From the IMG/VR virus record IMGVR_UViG_3300028888_000002: 64,000 nt of DNA; one strand, 5' to 3'. This DNA comes from a virus (Duplodnaviria > Caudoviricetes). Shown here piece after piece: positions 47,011 to 57,103 of the stretch (positions within the stretch are counted from its first letter, which is position 1; every line of letters starts with the position of its first letter). The notes under the pieces were generated by a model. The model made no database searches and was not told the DNA's origin. It worked only from the letters and a program-made list of their open reading frames with translations. Both the position numbers and the translations under genes were made by a program.

Positions 47011-48390
47011 ATGTTGAACGCTCATACTGCCATACGGACTTTTAGGGAACTTCAATTTGACGTAAAGGCTTTCCTTTACGCCTTGTATGACATTTATCCC
47101 GCAGAGGGTCACGAAGACAAGGGCGTTGTTGAAATCAAGTGGTCCGATGGCTCCGTTGACGTTGTTCCGACCTTTGAGTTTGTTCGGGGTATGTGCAACG
47201 CAACGTTCTTGAAAGTTATTGTGGGTGGGTTAGCAGAACTAATCCCCGAAATTACGACAATCCCTATCCAGGGCGGTAAGTATCAAAAGACCACGCTCAA
47301 CCTGGACATTAAGGGTGCCCCGCTCAAAGCTAACTTCCCCGAAATCGGTGATACCGATACGGATTTGACGGTTGACGGTGGAACGATTGTAAAGCTAGTC
47401 GCAGACACCGTTGAACTCCCGTATGACGCAGTTATTTCAAAGGTGGAAGCTACCGAAGAACTTTATTCTACTAATGCCGACGCTACGTCCGCTGAAATCG
47501 GGCAGCTTTATCTTGAAAACGGCAGCATACTTACACGGGGCGACTCCCCGTATTCCTATCCGTTTACGCTTGACTTGTCAAAGGTTGCGTGGAACCAGGC
47601 TTTGCAGTTGGGGACCAGGTTTAGAGGTTCGTATGACTTATCCTGCTACACGCAGACGCAATACAGCGGGAATGCCGTAGGGTTGTTTAAGGTTACGGGT
47701 TATTTTCGCTACGATACTGTAGGCTATGCCGAATACGCAGGTCATTTCAAGCGTTATCACGCAGGTGTTATCGTTGAAATTCCTGTGTTCAAAAGCATAT
47801 CCTATGGCGGTTCTGCAAGGGGTGGTAGTTACACTAACATAGAGTTTGAAACCTACCCTATGCCAAAGGTGAATTACCCCAATTATAGTATGACCGAGGA
47901 AATGCCCGCTTCGGAAATTCCGAACATAGTTATGCTCTATCCGTTCAAGGAAACCCGAACAAAGGACCATTGGTATGGCACCTGTTATATGACGTTGCGT
48001 GAACCTACCGAGGACGAACAGGATAGGATTGTGACTGTCCGCAACCCGACTTCAAAGACGCTCAAACTTTGCAATGCCTGGGCGTTTTCTACGGCTGACA
48101 AAAAACGGAAAACGACTAGGGGTGGCTCTAATTGGATTAGCTCTGCTGTAAGAGCAGCCACGGATATTGCTGTCGGGTTTAGTAGCCCATTAGTGGGTGC
48201 AGTCATAGGCGGTGCTTCTACGACTACACAGGACGATACGGTTTACGGCTCCGTTGAAGATTTGAACTATATTGAAATCCCCCCGTTTTCGGCAATAGAT
48301 TTCCTGTTCCAATGGGAAATTAAGGGTGGACTTCTGTATGCGTATATGCTCCCAATGTTTATGCCGTTGACGGGCGACGGTAACGATTAA
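47011..48390 (+). CDS. Putative tail structural protein
   Basis: In the structural operon. Confidence 0.6.
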   Translation: MLNAHTAIRTFRELQFDVKAFLYALYDIYPAEGHEDKGVVEIKWSDGSVDVVPTFEFVRGMCNATFLKVIVGGLAELIPEITTIPIQGGKYQKTTLNLDIKGAPLKANFPEIGDTDTDLTVDGGTIVKLVADTVELPYDAVISKVEATEELYSTNADATSAEIGQLYLENGSILTRGDSPYSYPFTLDLSKVAWNQALQLGTRFRGSYDLSCYTQTQYSGNAVGLFKVTGYFRYDTVGYAEYAGHFKRYHAGVIVEIPVFKSISYGGSARGGSYTNIEFETYPMPKVNYPNYSMTEEMPASEIPNIVMLYPFKETRTKDHWYGTCYMTLREPTEDEQDRIVTVRNPTSKTLKLCNAWAFSTADKKRKTTRGGSNWISSAVRAATDIAVGFSSPLVGAVIGGASTTTQDDTVYGSVEDLNYIEIPPFSAIDFLFQWEIKGGLLYAYMLPMFMPLTGDGND

Positions 48391-48395
48391 GGGGT

Positions 48396-51386
48396 TTGCT
48401 AATGAACGATTTCATTGATACAAGTTACAAGCGTTCCTACATTGTAGTGTCTGCGTCCGCAGACGGTGTTGTTCTTCGTCCTGTTGAAGACGAAACCTTG
48501 CTGTCCTATTGGCGTGAATTTTTGTCGGGCTACATTACGGACCCGCTGCCCGAAGACGTGACACCGATAATCACGCTCACGCAGTTGCCTATTGAAGTTT
48601 TGAAAGTGGACGCTTACGTGGATTACGTCGTTGAATATCCCCGTGTGTCCGTGTCTTACGGTAGCTATTCCGTTGACGTATCGGATAGGGTTTCGGTTAA
48701 TCACCCGAATCCCGAAACGCCTGGGTTGTATGCCCTGGACTTCACTATTTCAGTGAGTGGCGAAAAGACTACACCGATTTGGCGTTCCTGGGTTTCCATT
48801 GAGGAACCCCCGTTGCTCCGACATATCGTGACCCCGTGGAACCGTTCTAATAAGGCTCTTGCGGATTTGAACCGTCTTGTCATTGAGCCACAGTTTAACG
48901 AGGCTCTTTACGAAGCGGGTGTGCCCATTTACAACTTTCAACAGGCTAATGCTCCCGCAGCGGTCAGTCAGTTTGCTGCGTTGAAGTATAAGGATGCCCG
49001 TGCTATCGTGATTGACAACCGCCTGTTCATTTCGGGTCCACGTCTGCCTGTTGGAACCGAAGTGACCGTGAACGGTATGACCCGTATGTTGGGCGTTACA
49101 CTTGTGTGCCCGCAGTTCTCTAACCAGGACGTTTACACAAAGGGCGACGTGGTTAGCTACTGTGGTTCGGACTACTACGCACTTGACGACGTTCCGACAA
49201 GGAAATACCCCGACCCGAACGACGACACAAAGACTATAACGGGTAGCGTATTGCCAACGGCTACTTTTTCCGAAGACGGGGTGGACCGCACGTATTGGTT
49301 GCGGGGTTGCTATTATTCCGTCGTTCCGATGAATTTGCCCGACGGTGAGTATGAACTAACGTCGCTGTGGGCGGTCCTGGACGTGAGCGGGTATATGTTC
49401 AAAATGGACCTGCTCCGTGCGTTCCCCGTCCGTCACTATTGGGGTCATTACGACCGAAAGTATTTCCTGGATTACGCAGCGGGCGACCTGGTGTCGGTTG
49501 TTGACGACAACGTAATTACGCTTTATCAGCGAAACGAAACGTCCATAGCCGAAGACGGTATTGAAGAAGCCTATCGCCCAGGTCACTATTTGAACCCGCA
49601 TTGGACGGAAGTGTATTCTGCGTCCAATAATTCTATGCTGCGGGACCCGATTATTAAGCCTTACACTAATTCCACGAATGCGGTAATCAGTAAGACGTGC
49701 CCCGCCCGTGAAGAAGCCTTCCGTATTTATGCGAAGTTGGTGGATATTCCGTTCGCACTTGTGGACGCATTGGGTTCAAAATACAGCGTCCTGTTATGGG
49801 CGTTGCTTTACAGGACCCGTGAAACGTTCCCAGGCATTAAGGCTGCGATGAACGCTATCGGTATGGAATTATCCAACCTGCGTAGGGCTAGTCCGTCCGT
49901 TGTCTATTCGCAGTATAGCGAGGGTGGTATTCAGTCCGAAATCAAGGATGTTTATACCGAAATCGGAAAAGTCAAGGAAATCGCAAAGTCCGTAAAGGCT
50001 GACAAGGTTTGGACCGAGGGGCGTTCCTTGCTGTATAAGGACGACCCCGACGTTGACGTTCCGTGGATTAGGTATTCGCAGGAAGGCGAAGACCCCGACA
50101 CCGTTTGGATTTACAAGCGTAACAGCGGAACGTCGGACGCAGGTAGTTGGGAAAAGTTCTATTCGTTTGTCCATATCGGCAGCGATAGGGATATTTCGGA
50201 ATATGACTACTCCGTGAACAACCGCTATTACAGGGCAGACGCAAGCCTGTTGGACCGTTTGGCAGAAGACGGTGTTATTGATATGGGCGACGGTTTGCAG
50301 TGGATTGACGACGACACCTTTGTGGGCTTGTCGCTCGCACTCACTACGCTGCTTTCCTACGAAATCCCGATTTACATTTATTTCCGTTTGAAGGTCCGTC
50401 TTGCGACCGTCGGTCACACCCGTCTGCGTGGGATTTCAAAGCCTGTGTTCTTGCAGGATGCCTGGGGCGGTCCTATCGGGCTTAAACTGTTCCCTGGCAA
50501 GTATTTTGATTTTGTCACTATGGAAGTCGTAGAATGCTACCCGACTGTGTTCTACGTCTATGCGGACGACCCCGAAGACAAGCCGTCAAGTGATAGCCCC
50601 GACACGGATTGGACGAAGTGCGTTGAGTTCGTGGATATGGGCACCTACCGTTATTACCCGTTTGACAGGGCTGTTTACTTGCGTATAAAATATACGGGTG
50701 ACAACGCTTCGCTTATTTACAGGGTAGCCCGTGGCATTGATTACGACGATAGAGAAGAGGGCGTAACCCGTTTCAAGTGGTGTTGGACTTCCCGTTACAC
50801 AATCGGCTGTCTAGGCAATTCCGAATCGCCAGGAACAGACGATTACAAGGCACGTCCAGGCGACCACGGTTTTGACGGCTTTGAAGACGCTACTCAAATG
50901 AACCCGACGGACAACGACCGCCACGGCTCCGATATTTACTTGTGCAAGGGTATCGCTGCCATTACGTTGCGTATCGCTACGGATAACTTGAAAGTGACCG
51001 CAGAAGCATTTCAGTGGCAGTATATTTTCAATGACCCCGAATGGACTATGGGTGATACGGAGGACGCTTTGCGGTTTGCGGGTTGGCACCCACTTGACGG
51101 TGTGAAAATGATAGGCTGTTGGGTTGGTGACGTTGCGTCCTTTAAGAGTATGATTTACAGGGTTACGTCACCCGAAGTAAGCAATTTGGAATGTCAGTGG
51201 GACACCGACGAACCTACCTTAAAAGTCCGTGGTGGCATTCCACGCTTCCTGTATCTGTGGGACCGCCAGGGGTTTATTAGGGGTATGCTTATCGTCCCGT
51301 TCACGGACCGTTTGGTTGACAAGATAGACAATCCAGGCGAGGACGATTGGCAGTTCAAGTTTACGTTTGAAGAAAACGACGAATAA
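48396..51386 (+). CDS. Large baseplate protein (gp7-like candidate)
   Basis: 996 aa with YxxGDxV modules; operon context. Confidence 0.6.
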   Translation: MLMNDFIDTSYKRSYIVVSASADGVVLRPVEDETLLSYWREFLSGYITDPLPEDVTPIITLTQLPIEVLKVDAYVDYVVEYPRVSVSYGSYSVDVSDRVSVNHPNPETPGLYALDFTISVSGEKTTPIWRSWVSIEEPPLLRHIVTPWNRSNKALADLNRLVIEPQFNEALYEAGVPIYNFQQANAPAAVSQFAALKYKDARAIVIDNRLFISGPRLPVGTEVTVNGMTRMLGVTLVCPQFSNQDVYTKGDVVSYCGSDYYALDDVPTRKYPDPNDDTKTITGSVLPTATFSEDGVDRTYWLRGCYYSVVPMNLPDGEYELTSLWAVLDVSGYMFKMDLLRAFPVRHYWGHYDRKYFLDYAAGDLVSVVDDNVITLYQRNETSIAEDGIEEAYRPGHYLNPHWTEVYSASNNSMLRDPIIKPYTNSTNAVISKTCPAREEAFRIYAKLVDIPFALVDALGSKYSVLLWALLYRTRETFPGIKAAMNAIGMELSNLRRASPSVVYSQYSEGGIQSEIKDVYTEIGKVKEIAKSVKADKVWTEGRSLLYKDDPDVDVPWIRYSQEGEDPDTVWIYKRNSGTSDAGSWEKFYSFVHIGSDRDISEYDYSVNNRYYRADASLLDRLAEDGVIDMGDGLQWIDDDTFVGLSLALTTLLSYEIPIYIYFRLKVRLATVGHTRLRGISKPVFLQDAWGGPIGLKLFPGKYFDFVTMEVVECYPTVFYVYADDPEDKPSSDSPDTDWTKCVEFVDMGTYRYYPFDRAVYLRIKYTGDNASLIYRVARGIDYDDREEGVTRFKWCWTSRYTIGCLGNSESPGTDDYKARPGDHGFDGFEDATQMNPTDNDRHGSDIYLCKGIAAITLRIATDNLKVTAEAFQWQYIFNDPEWTMGDTEDALRFAGWHPLDGVKMIGCWVGDVASFKSMIYRVTSPEVSNLECQWDTDEPTLKVRGGIPRFLYLWDRQGFIRGMLIVPFTDRLVDKIDNPGEDDWQFKFTFEENDE

Positions 51387-51401
51387 AGGTATATTTAGAG
51401 T

Positions 51402-51629
51402 ATGAGTAAGTTCAAGAGAAACGAAGCAGCCGAACTTGACGCACAGGCGTTGAAGCAATACACCAACAGGAATTTGCCTGCGGGTTATTCCGCTGCGGTG
51501 TCTGCCGACGACAAGGGTGTGACTATTGACGTGTATGACAGCGACGTTATGGTTCTGTCTATTCCCGTTGGCGGTCTTTCGCAGGGTGCTGCTGAAAAGG
51601 CTGTTGACAAAGCCCTGGAGGAATTTTAG
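51402..51629 (+). CDS. Small hypothetical protein
   Basis: MSKFKRNE start, own -10 box. Confidence 0.6.
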   Translation: MSKFKRNEAAELDAQALKQYTNRNLPAGYSAAVSADDKGVTIDVYDSDVMVLSIPVGGLSQGAAEKAVDKALEEF

Positions 51630-51631
51630 TT

Positions 51632-52438
51632 ATGGCAACAAAGTATGATATGCTTACTAACGAGGGTAGCCTTGCGTTAGCCCGTTCGGTCGCTACGGGT
51701 GCCAAACTCATTATCCGTGGTGCTACGCTTTGCAACGTTTCTAGCGGGATGGCTTCCGTGGATGATGTCGCTGCACTTAAATGGTCCGATATTTCGTCGT
51801 TTGCCCTTGAAGACGCAGACTTGCCCTGCACAAGCTACCTGCCGTGTATGTATGACAGCCAGGGTGCCGAAACGGGAAAGCCTATTGCTGCCCTGGATAT
51901 TGAGTTTACGTTTATGCCGTCGGGTGACGTTGAATACAACGTTATAGCTGTTTTGGCAGACCTTTACTATATGTTCGCCCCGTTCGCAAAGAACGGCAAC
52001 TACAAGACGGGTGACACCGTTTGGTATTTGGGCAACAACGACGTGTATGAGTATTACCGCTGTATTGAATCCGTGGATAGCTCCGATTACCCGCAGAACG
52101 ATACGACCCATTGGGAGTCGGTTACGGTTTACAACCAACTTGACACGTCCGTGTATAACGGCAATCTGCAATACAAGACAATCAGCGACGAACCTATCTT
52201 GCTGTATGTTTCAAAGACGGCAGGCGTTGTCAATATCGGTCCCGAAATTGAAATTGACTACAAGGTTCGTTTGTATCTTGAAGGTGTCAAGAACGCTGCG
52301 GACGTTAAGGAATACGTTGTCTTTGATACGTTGGGTCCCGAATTTATGGCTTCCACACAGATGGTGCTTTTGGCTGAATTTGCCGACGCTATGAAGCATA
52401 TCCGTGACGTAGCCGTTGAACGGGCGGGGAGGTCCTAA
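51632..52438 (+). CDS. Baseplate/tail-collar-type protein
   Basis: LTNEGSLALA N-terminus typical of fibre-collar proteins; YKTGDTVWY module. Confidence 0.6.
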   Translation: MATKYDMLTNEGSLALARSVATGAKLIIRGATLCNVSSGMASVDDVAALKWSDISSFALEDADLPCTSYLPCMYDSQGAETGKPIAALDIEFTFMPSGDVEYNVIAVLADLYYMFAPFAKNGNYKTGDTVWYLGNNDVYEYYRCIESVDSSDYPQNDTTHWESVTVYNQLDTSVYNGNLQYKTISDEPILLYVSKTAGVVNIGPEIEIDYKVRLYLEGVKNAADVKEYVVFDTLGPEFMASTQMVLLAEFADAMKHIRDVAVERAGRS

Positions 52439-53029
52439 ATGGCTGTTAGTCTGCGTGACGTTCTTGACGAAGAACTTAACATTGAAACCGAAGAACTCAT
52501 TACGGACGAAGTTATACTTCGTATGTATCGTAAGGCGGTTCATTGGTATCGTAAATACCGTTTGTTCCCCCGCACGAACACCTATAACTATTCCATTGAA
52601 AGCGGTGACTACGTTCCCGACATTCTTATGGACCAGGTTGTTACCGTTGACGGTAAGACGGGTAAGTTGTCGGAGTTCGTTGAAACCAGGACCAGGGTGT
52701 TTAACGGGACGGGGACAATTATTGTCACTATCGCCTTGAATGCGAACAACGCTTATTTGGCGGGTCTTCCCGAAGAATTGGAAAACCTGTTCGTGTCGCA
52801 CTGCAAGGTTGTTATAGGTCAACGCTTGAAGTTCTCTAAATACCCGTCGCAGCCGATTGAGTTGGACGGTCCAGGTATGTTTGCCGAGGGGACTGCGGGC
52901 GTTGAGTATTGGAAGAACTTTATTATGATTAACCGTGACTGCGACCCCGAAAACATTACGGACTTGCGTAACGAAGCCTATACAGGCATTCCGAAGCCGT
53001 ATTTCTATTCGGGCAGACGGGTTTGGTAA
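52439..53029 (+). CDS. Head-tail adaptor/neck protein (gp13-like candidate)
   Basis: C-terminal IELDG...FAEG pattern resembles T4-type neck proteins. Confidence 0.55.
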   Translation: MAVSLRDVLDEELNIETEELITDEVILRMYRKAVHWYRKYRLFPRTNTYNYSIESGDYVPDILMDQVVTVDGKTGKLSEFVETRTRVFNGTGTIIVTIALNANNAYLAGLPEELENLFVSHCKVVIGQRLKFSKYPSQPIELDGPGMFAEGTAGVEYWKNFIMINRDCDPENITDLRNEAYTGIPKPYFYSGRRVW

Positions 53030-53041
53030 AAAGGGGATTTT

Positions 53042-53386
53042 ATGGCTAATGTCACTAGGGGCACACTGCTTGCTACTTTAAAGGAATTGCGAAAACATAA
53101 GCGACCGAAGGCTTCAACGGCTGCTGTGTCTGTGCAGGCTATTTGCCCGAAGAAGTCCGTTACTGTTGACAAGAATGCCGATTTGCAGGCTTCTATTGAA
53201 CGTCGCAGAACGTTGCTGCATACGTCAAGTATAGTCCCGTATTATACTACTGAAGAATACGCACGGTTTGTTTCTATGTATGAAGATTTCGTGCAGGACT
53301 ACGTTAAGAATAAGAAACCCCGTATCGTGGCAGTCGTGAAAAATGCAACAGAAGATTTATCTAACAGAAGTTGTCCTGCTGACTAA
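53042..53386 (+). CDS. Hypothetical protein
   Basis: 114-aa ORF with GGGGA RBS. Confidence 0.6.
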   Translation: MANVTRGTLLATLKELRKHKRPKASTAAVSVQAICPKKSVTVDKNADLQASIERRRTLLHTSSIVPYYTTEEYARFVSMYEDFVQDYVKNKKPRIVAVVKNATEDLSNRSCPAD

Positions 53387-54122
53387 AACTACCAACTTGC
53401 AGGATTTCAAGGATTGGTTAGAATGGCATTTGGATAAATGCCATTTTGAGCATTGCCATATCTTTGATAATGAAAGCCCCGTTGACATTAAGGGCGTGTG
53501 CGACAAGTATGGAAGCCTAGTTACCTATGAACGGATTAAAGGGTTCCCCGACCAATACACGCTGTATAATCGTTACATAAACAGGGATAGTAAGGCGTGG
53601 TGGGTGCTACCTATTGACGACGACGAATTTCTGTGGATGCGTGATTTTTCTAATGTGAACGATATGATTTTGCACTACCAATCAAAGTGGCGGGATATGT
53701 GCAAGTTGTCAATACGTTGGAAAAATATGTTCCCGAAAGACGTTAATACTGACAGGGGTTCCCTGTCGCTTATGGCATATTGTAGCGAAGCCAACGAAAA
53801 GTGGGCTGCTCTGTTTGACGGTGGCAACAAGCCCGTCAAGACGTTTGTTAGGACAACGGGTCCCGTAAACTATTCGTTGGCTACAAAGGAAACGCATAAT
53901 CCCATTGTATGCAATCAGTTGTCCTATTTGTGTAATGGTGAGCGTCTTAAAGGGAATTGGTATTTTGGGGAAGACACTGACGACGCATTGAAATTGCTGC
54001 ATTATCAGTTTAAGTCTAAAAAAGAATGGATATGGAAGTGCAACCATAGAAACCGTGTGTCTATGAGTGGCGGTAAGCTATATCAAAAATGTCGGGAGCT
54101 TGTATGGAAAAGAATGGTATGA
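53343..54122 (+). CDS. Glycosyltransferase (GT2/GT92-like)
   Basis: WLEWH...IFDNES, IDDDEF (DxD), VKTFVR, LLHYQFKS. Confidence 0.85.
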   Translation: MQQKIYLTEVVLLTKTTNLQDFKDWLEWHLDKCHFEHCHIFDNESPVDIKGVCDKYGSLVTYERIKGFPDQYTLYNRYINRDSKAWWVLPIDDDEFLWMRDFSNVNDMILHYQSKWRDMCKLSIRWKNMFPKDVNTDRGSLSLMAYCSEANEKWAALFDGGNKPVKTFVRTTGPVNYSLATKETHNPIVCNQLSYLCNGERLKGNWYFGEDTDDALKLLHYQFKSKKEWIWKCNHRNRVSMSGGKLYQKCRELVWKRMV

Positions 54123-54946
54123 CCTGGGAAGAATTTTGTTTGAGCAAAGAACCGCTTGTCAAGAAAATGTTTCCAAAAGCGGATTTGAAAAATCCGAAGA
54201 CACTGACAGACAAATTGCAGTGGTTGAAAATACACGACTCCACGTTTCTTAAAGCGTTCTGTGCAGACAAGATTACGTTACGTGAGTATTGCAAAATTAA
54301 ACTCGGTCGTGACCTGTGTCTTCCAATTTTGGCAGTATATAATCGCCCCGAACAGATTGATTGGGATAGCCTACCGCAGCAGTTTGTGATTAAGTGTAAC
54401 CACGGGAGTGGCTATAACATAATTGTTAAGGATAAGCGGACCTTGAATAAGAGTAAGGTTGTTGCAGCCCTTAACAAGTGGCTCCGCACGGAATATGGGT
54501 CCTTGTCGTATGAACTGTTTTATAACTTGATACCCCGCAAGATTTTTATAGAACAGTATGAGGAAAACTTTGGTAAGGCATCACTTACCGATTACAAGTT
54601 TGTATGCTTTAATGGAGAAGTTAAATACTTGCAGGTCATAAACGGCAGGTTCACAAAGGATTTACACTTCAACTACTACACTACGGATTTCAAGCCTATG
54701 CTTGACGTTAGTTGGAATGCTCACCCCGCCAGGTATGACTTGTTAGACGACAAGCCTAGCAACTACGACGAAATGTTGGAGTTGGCTAAAAAGCTGTGTG
54801 TAGATTTTAAGTGCGTCCGTGTTGACTTTTATTCTATTGAGGGTAGAACGTATTTGTCCGAATTGACGTTTATTCCCGCTTCGGGCAATATCACGTATAA
54901 GGACCCTACGACAGATTTGAAACTTGGGCGGTTGCTGAAACTTTAG
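54104..54946 (+). CDS. TupA-like ATP-grasp protein
   Basis: NPKTLTDKLQWLK, ADK, KCNHGSG, DYKF, RVDFY, ELTFIP. Confidence 0.88.
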   Translation: MEKNGMTWEEFCLSKEPLVKKMFPKADLKNPKTLTDKLQWLKIHDSTFLKAFCADKITLREYCKIKLGRDLCLPILAVYNRPEQIDWDSLPQQFVIKCNHGSGYNIIVKDKRTLNKSKVVAALNKWLRTEYGSLSYELFYNLIPRKIFIEQYEENFGKASLTDYKFVCFNGEVKYLQVINGRFTKDLHFNYYTTDFKPMLDVSWNAHPARYDLLDDKPSNYDEMLELAKKLCVDFKCVRVDFYSIEGRTYLSELTFIPASGNITYKDPTTDLKLGRLLKL

Positions 54947-55532
54947 TCCCGAAGAAATAGTTTGCCAGGTATATCGCAATTTTCCTGTGAACATCGTCAA
55001 CGCCCATTTTAAACGTGTGGTTGTGTATTCGCACGTTACCCTGGCTAGTCAGCTTTTTATTTTTGTTCACGGGCATACATACAATTACTTTGTATTTGGG
55101 TTTGGCTTCTATTATCTGTTTGATTTGTGTGTCGTTCAAATAGTATTCTTGCCAATAGCCCGCAGCTAGAATAAAGATAGGGTCCATATGGTCCGCTTTC
55201 ATTTTAGCCATACGTGAGAAATACTTTTCTTTCACGTAGGGTAGAATGTCTTTACATTTAACATTTGACTTCTCAAAGGTCAGTTCCGATTTATCGGGGT
55301 CTTCTATGTAGTGTATATATTGGACCTTTACGCAGTTGTCTATTATAGCCGTGTAGTAGTTACCTGTTTTAACAAATTCTACCTTGTTGAAATCTATGCT
55401 GTCATATTTTGTTATTAGTGCGAATATGCTATCAAAGTCTAGTTTAGCCCAACAGAACGGATTGCCGTAAGGCTCTTTTAAGCATAGCTTACTAATGAAT
55501 GCACTTACACACGAATTACCGATTAAGTTCAT
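54906..55532 (-). CDS. Polysaccharide-biosynthesis-associated protein (DUF1919/DUF1796-like)
   Basis: LIGNSC...YGNPFCW...IHY...YFSR pattern. Confidence 0.55.
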   Translation of the reverse strand: MNLIGNSCVSAFISKLCLKEPYGNPFCWAKLDFDSIFALITKYDSIDFNKVEFVKTGNYYTAIIDNCVKVQYIHYIEDPDKSELTFEKSNVKCKDILPYVKEKYFSRMAKMKADHMDPIFILAAGYWQEYYLNDTQIKQIIEAKPKYKVIVCMPVNKNKKLTSQGNVRIHNHTFKMGVDDVHRKIAIYLANYFFGTKVSATAQVSNLS

Positions 55533-56138
55533 TTACACTCCGTTTATTGGTTTGATTTGGTCGTGGAAGTAGCAAGGGAATTTTTTGTAAAGGGCTGCAA
55601 ATGAGAAGTGTTGAGCCTTGCATACTCTTTTGAAAAATCCGTCGTCTTGAAGATTAGCAATTTTGTAAGCCTTAAATTCTTCAAGGAATTTGTTAAACGT
55701 TGACGGGGCATATAACACGCTGCACCCTATTGGGCAGGTTGGGTCTTTCTGTGACATTCTGTAACTAATGACTTGCGTTCCTGTGTCTTTCCAATACGTG
55801 TATAGCTTTTTAGCATAGTTGCAAATGTAGATACAGTCGTCGTCCGCAGAAATAACGGGAACGTCTTTATATTTTTCCATAGTAGGTAGAACTTTCTTGA
55901 AAGACTTTGTGTTCTTATACACCCAAAGTAATTCTATTAAGTCCTGGTTCACGAAAGCCATAACGCTATCGGGGAGTTCGGCTTCTTTCTTTGGAAATTC
56001 TTCTTCGCTTAAAACAAGGACAATGTGGAAGCCAGGGCAACGTTTGTATAGGCTAAACAGCGTCAAGCCCACAGTGTTAATCCTGGCTTTCCAGGAAGTC
56101 AAGCTAATAATCGCCTTTTCACCGTTATACTGTTTCAT
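55533..56138 (-). CDS. Glycosyltransferase (GT-A fold), paralog 1
   Basis: ISLTSWKARI, KSFKK, ISADDD, QDD. Confidence 0.8.
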   Translation of the reverse strand: MKQYNGEKAIISLTSWKARINTVGLTLFSLYKRCPGFHIVLVLSEEEFPKKEAELPDSVMAFVNQDLIELLWVYKNTKSFKKVLPTMEKYKDVPVISADDDCIYICNYAKKLYTYWKDTGTQVISYRMSQKDPTCPIGCSVLYAPSTFNKFLEEFKAYKIANLQDDGFFKRVCKAQHFSFAALYKKFPCYFHDQIKPINGV

Positions 56139-56147
56139 ACGATTTTA

Positions 56148-56792
56148 TCAAAAGCATTGGGCGTAACAAGCCCGTCTGCGTTGTCCTTTTGTGAGGGGTT
56201 GAACGTCGTCGTGGAAAACGAACGGCAGGGTCTTGCTGCCGACGTTTTCTTCAATCTTTACACCGTGCCTAACCAGGAAATCCGAAAGCACCTGGTCGTC
56301 CTGGGACGCAGCTATTTGTTCGTCTGTTAAGGAACCTATGAACTCCGAAATCAGCGTAGGCGACAAACAGTAAAGTGTGCAGGGACCCTGCGTGATTTGC
56401 CGTGACCTGGGCGTGTAGCGGACAACACTTGCTTGCGATTTTAGCCACTGCTTGTAAAGCCGTTCGGCATAGTTGCAGGTGTAGATACAGTCGTCGTCGG
56501 CAGAAATTACGGGAATGCCCTTATACTTCTCAACCGTGAACACCACCTTTTTGAAAGCCTTGTAGTTTTTCTTGACCCATAGGATTTCAACTAGGTCCTG
56601 GTTCACGAAAGCCATAACGGTGTCGGGGAGTTCCGCTTCTTTCTGCGGGAACTCGTCTTCGGATAGCACCAGGACTATATGGAAGCCAGGGCACTGCTTG
56701 TAAAGGCTGAAAAGGGTCTTTCCTACCGTGCCTATACGGGCTTTCCAGGAAGTCAAGCTAATTATGGCTTTTTCGCTGTTATACGTTTTCAT
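56148..56792 (-). CDS. Glycosyltransferase (GT-A fold), paralog 2
   Basis: N-terminal half near-identical to 55533..56138. Confidence 0.8.
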   Translation of the reverse strand: MKTYNSEKAIISLTSWKARIGTVGKTLFSLYKQCPGFHIVLVLSEDEFPQKEAELPDTVMAFVNQDLVEILWVKKNYKAFKKVVFTVEKYKGIPVISADDDCIYTCNYAERLYKQWLKSQASVVRYTPRSRQITQGPCTLYCLSPTLISEFIGSLTDEQIAASQDDQVLSDFLVRHGVKIEENVGSKTLPFVFHDDVQPLTKGQRRRACYAQCF

Positions 56793-56851
56793 AGGTATTC
56801 TTTAATATAACAAATTTGGGCAAGGTTCGGGAGCCTTAAAATTTTTCAATT

Positions 56852-56932
56852 ATTTTAACAAAACCTATTGACAGCAGATAGGTAATTTGTTATATTTATA
56901 GCGTAAAGAGAAAACCACCAACCGAGGATAGC
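56852..56932 (+). promoter_or_regulatory. Early promoter-leader cassette
   Basis: TTTTAACAA, TTGACA 56868-73, 17 nt, TATATT 56891-96, leader AACCACCAACCGAGGATAGC. Confidence 0.8.
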
Positions 56933-56935
56933 AAT

Positions 56936-57091
56936 ATGGCAAAGAAGAAGTTCAACGTTGAATACGTCAGCGAATTTGGTGGGCACCACTCCGTCGTTAT
57001 TGAATGCAACGACATTGACGAAGTTCGCTGCGAAGCACTTGATACCGTTGACGGTATCTACGACATTGAAAACATTACCGAAATCAAGTAA
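56936..57091 (+). CDS. Small acidic early protein (51 aa)
   Basis: MAKKKFNVEYVSEFGG...; follows the leader; not in the ORF track. Confidence 0.7.
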   Translation: MAKKKFNVEYVSEFGGHHSVVIECNDIDEVRCEALDTVDGIYDIENITEIK

Positions 57092-57103
57092 GGCGGTGGA
57101 CCT

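Noticed and set aside
55533-56792. Diversity-generating retroelement template/variable repeat pair
   Set aside because: The similarity is a whole-gene paralogy with differences not confined to adenines, and there is no reverse transcriptase in the window.
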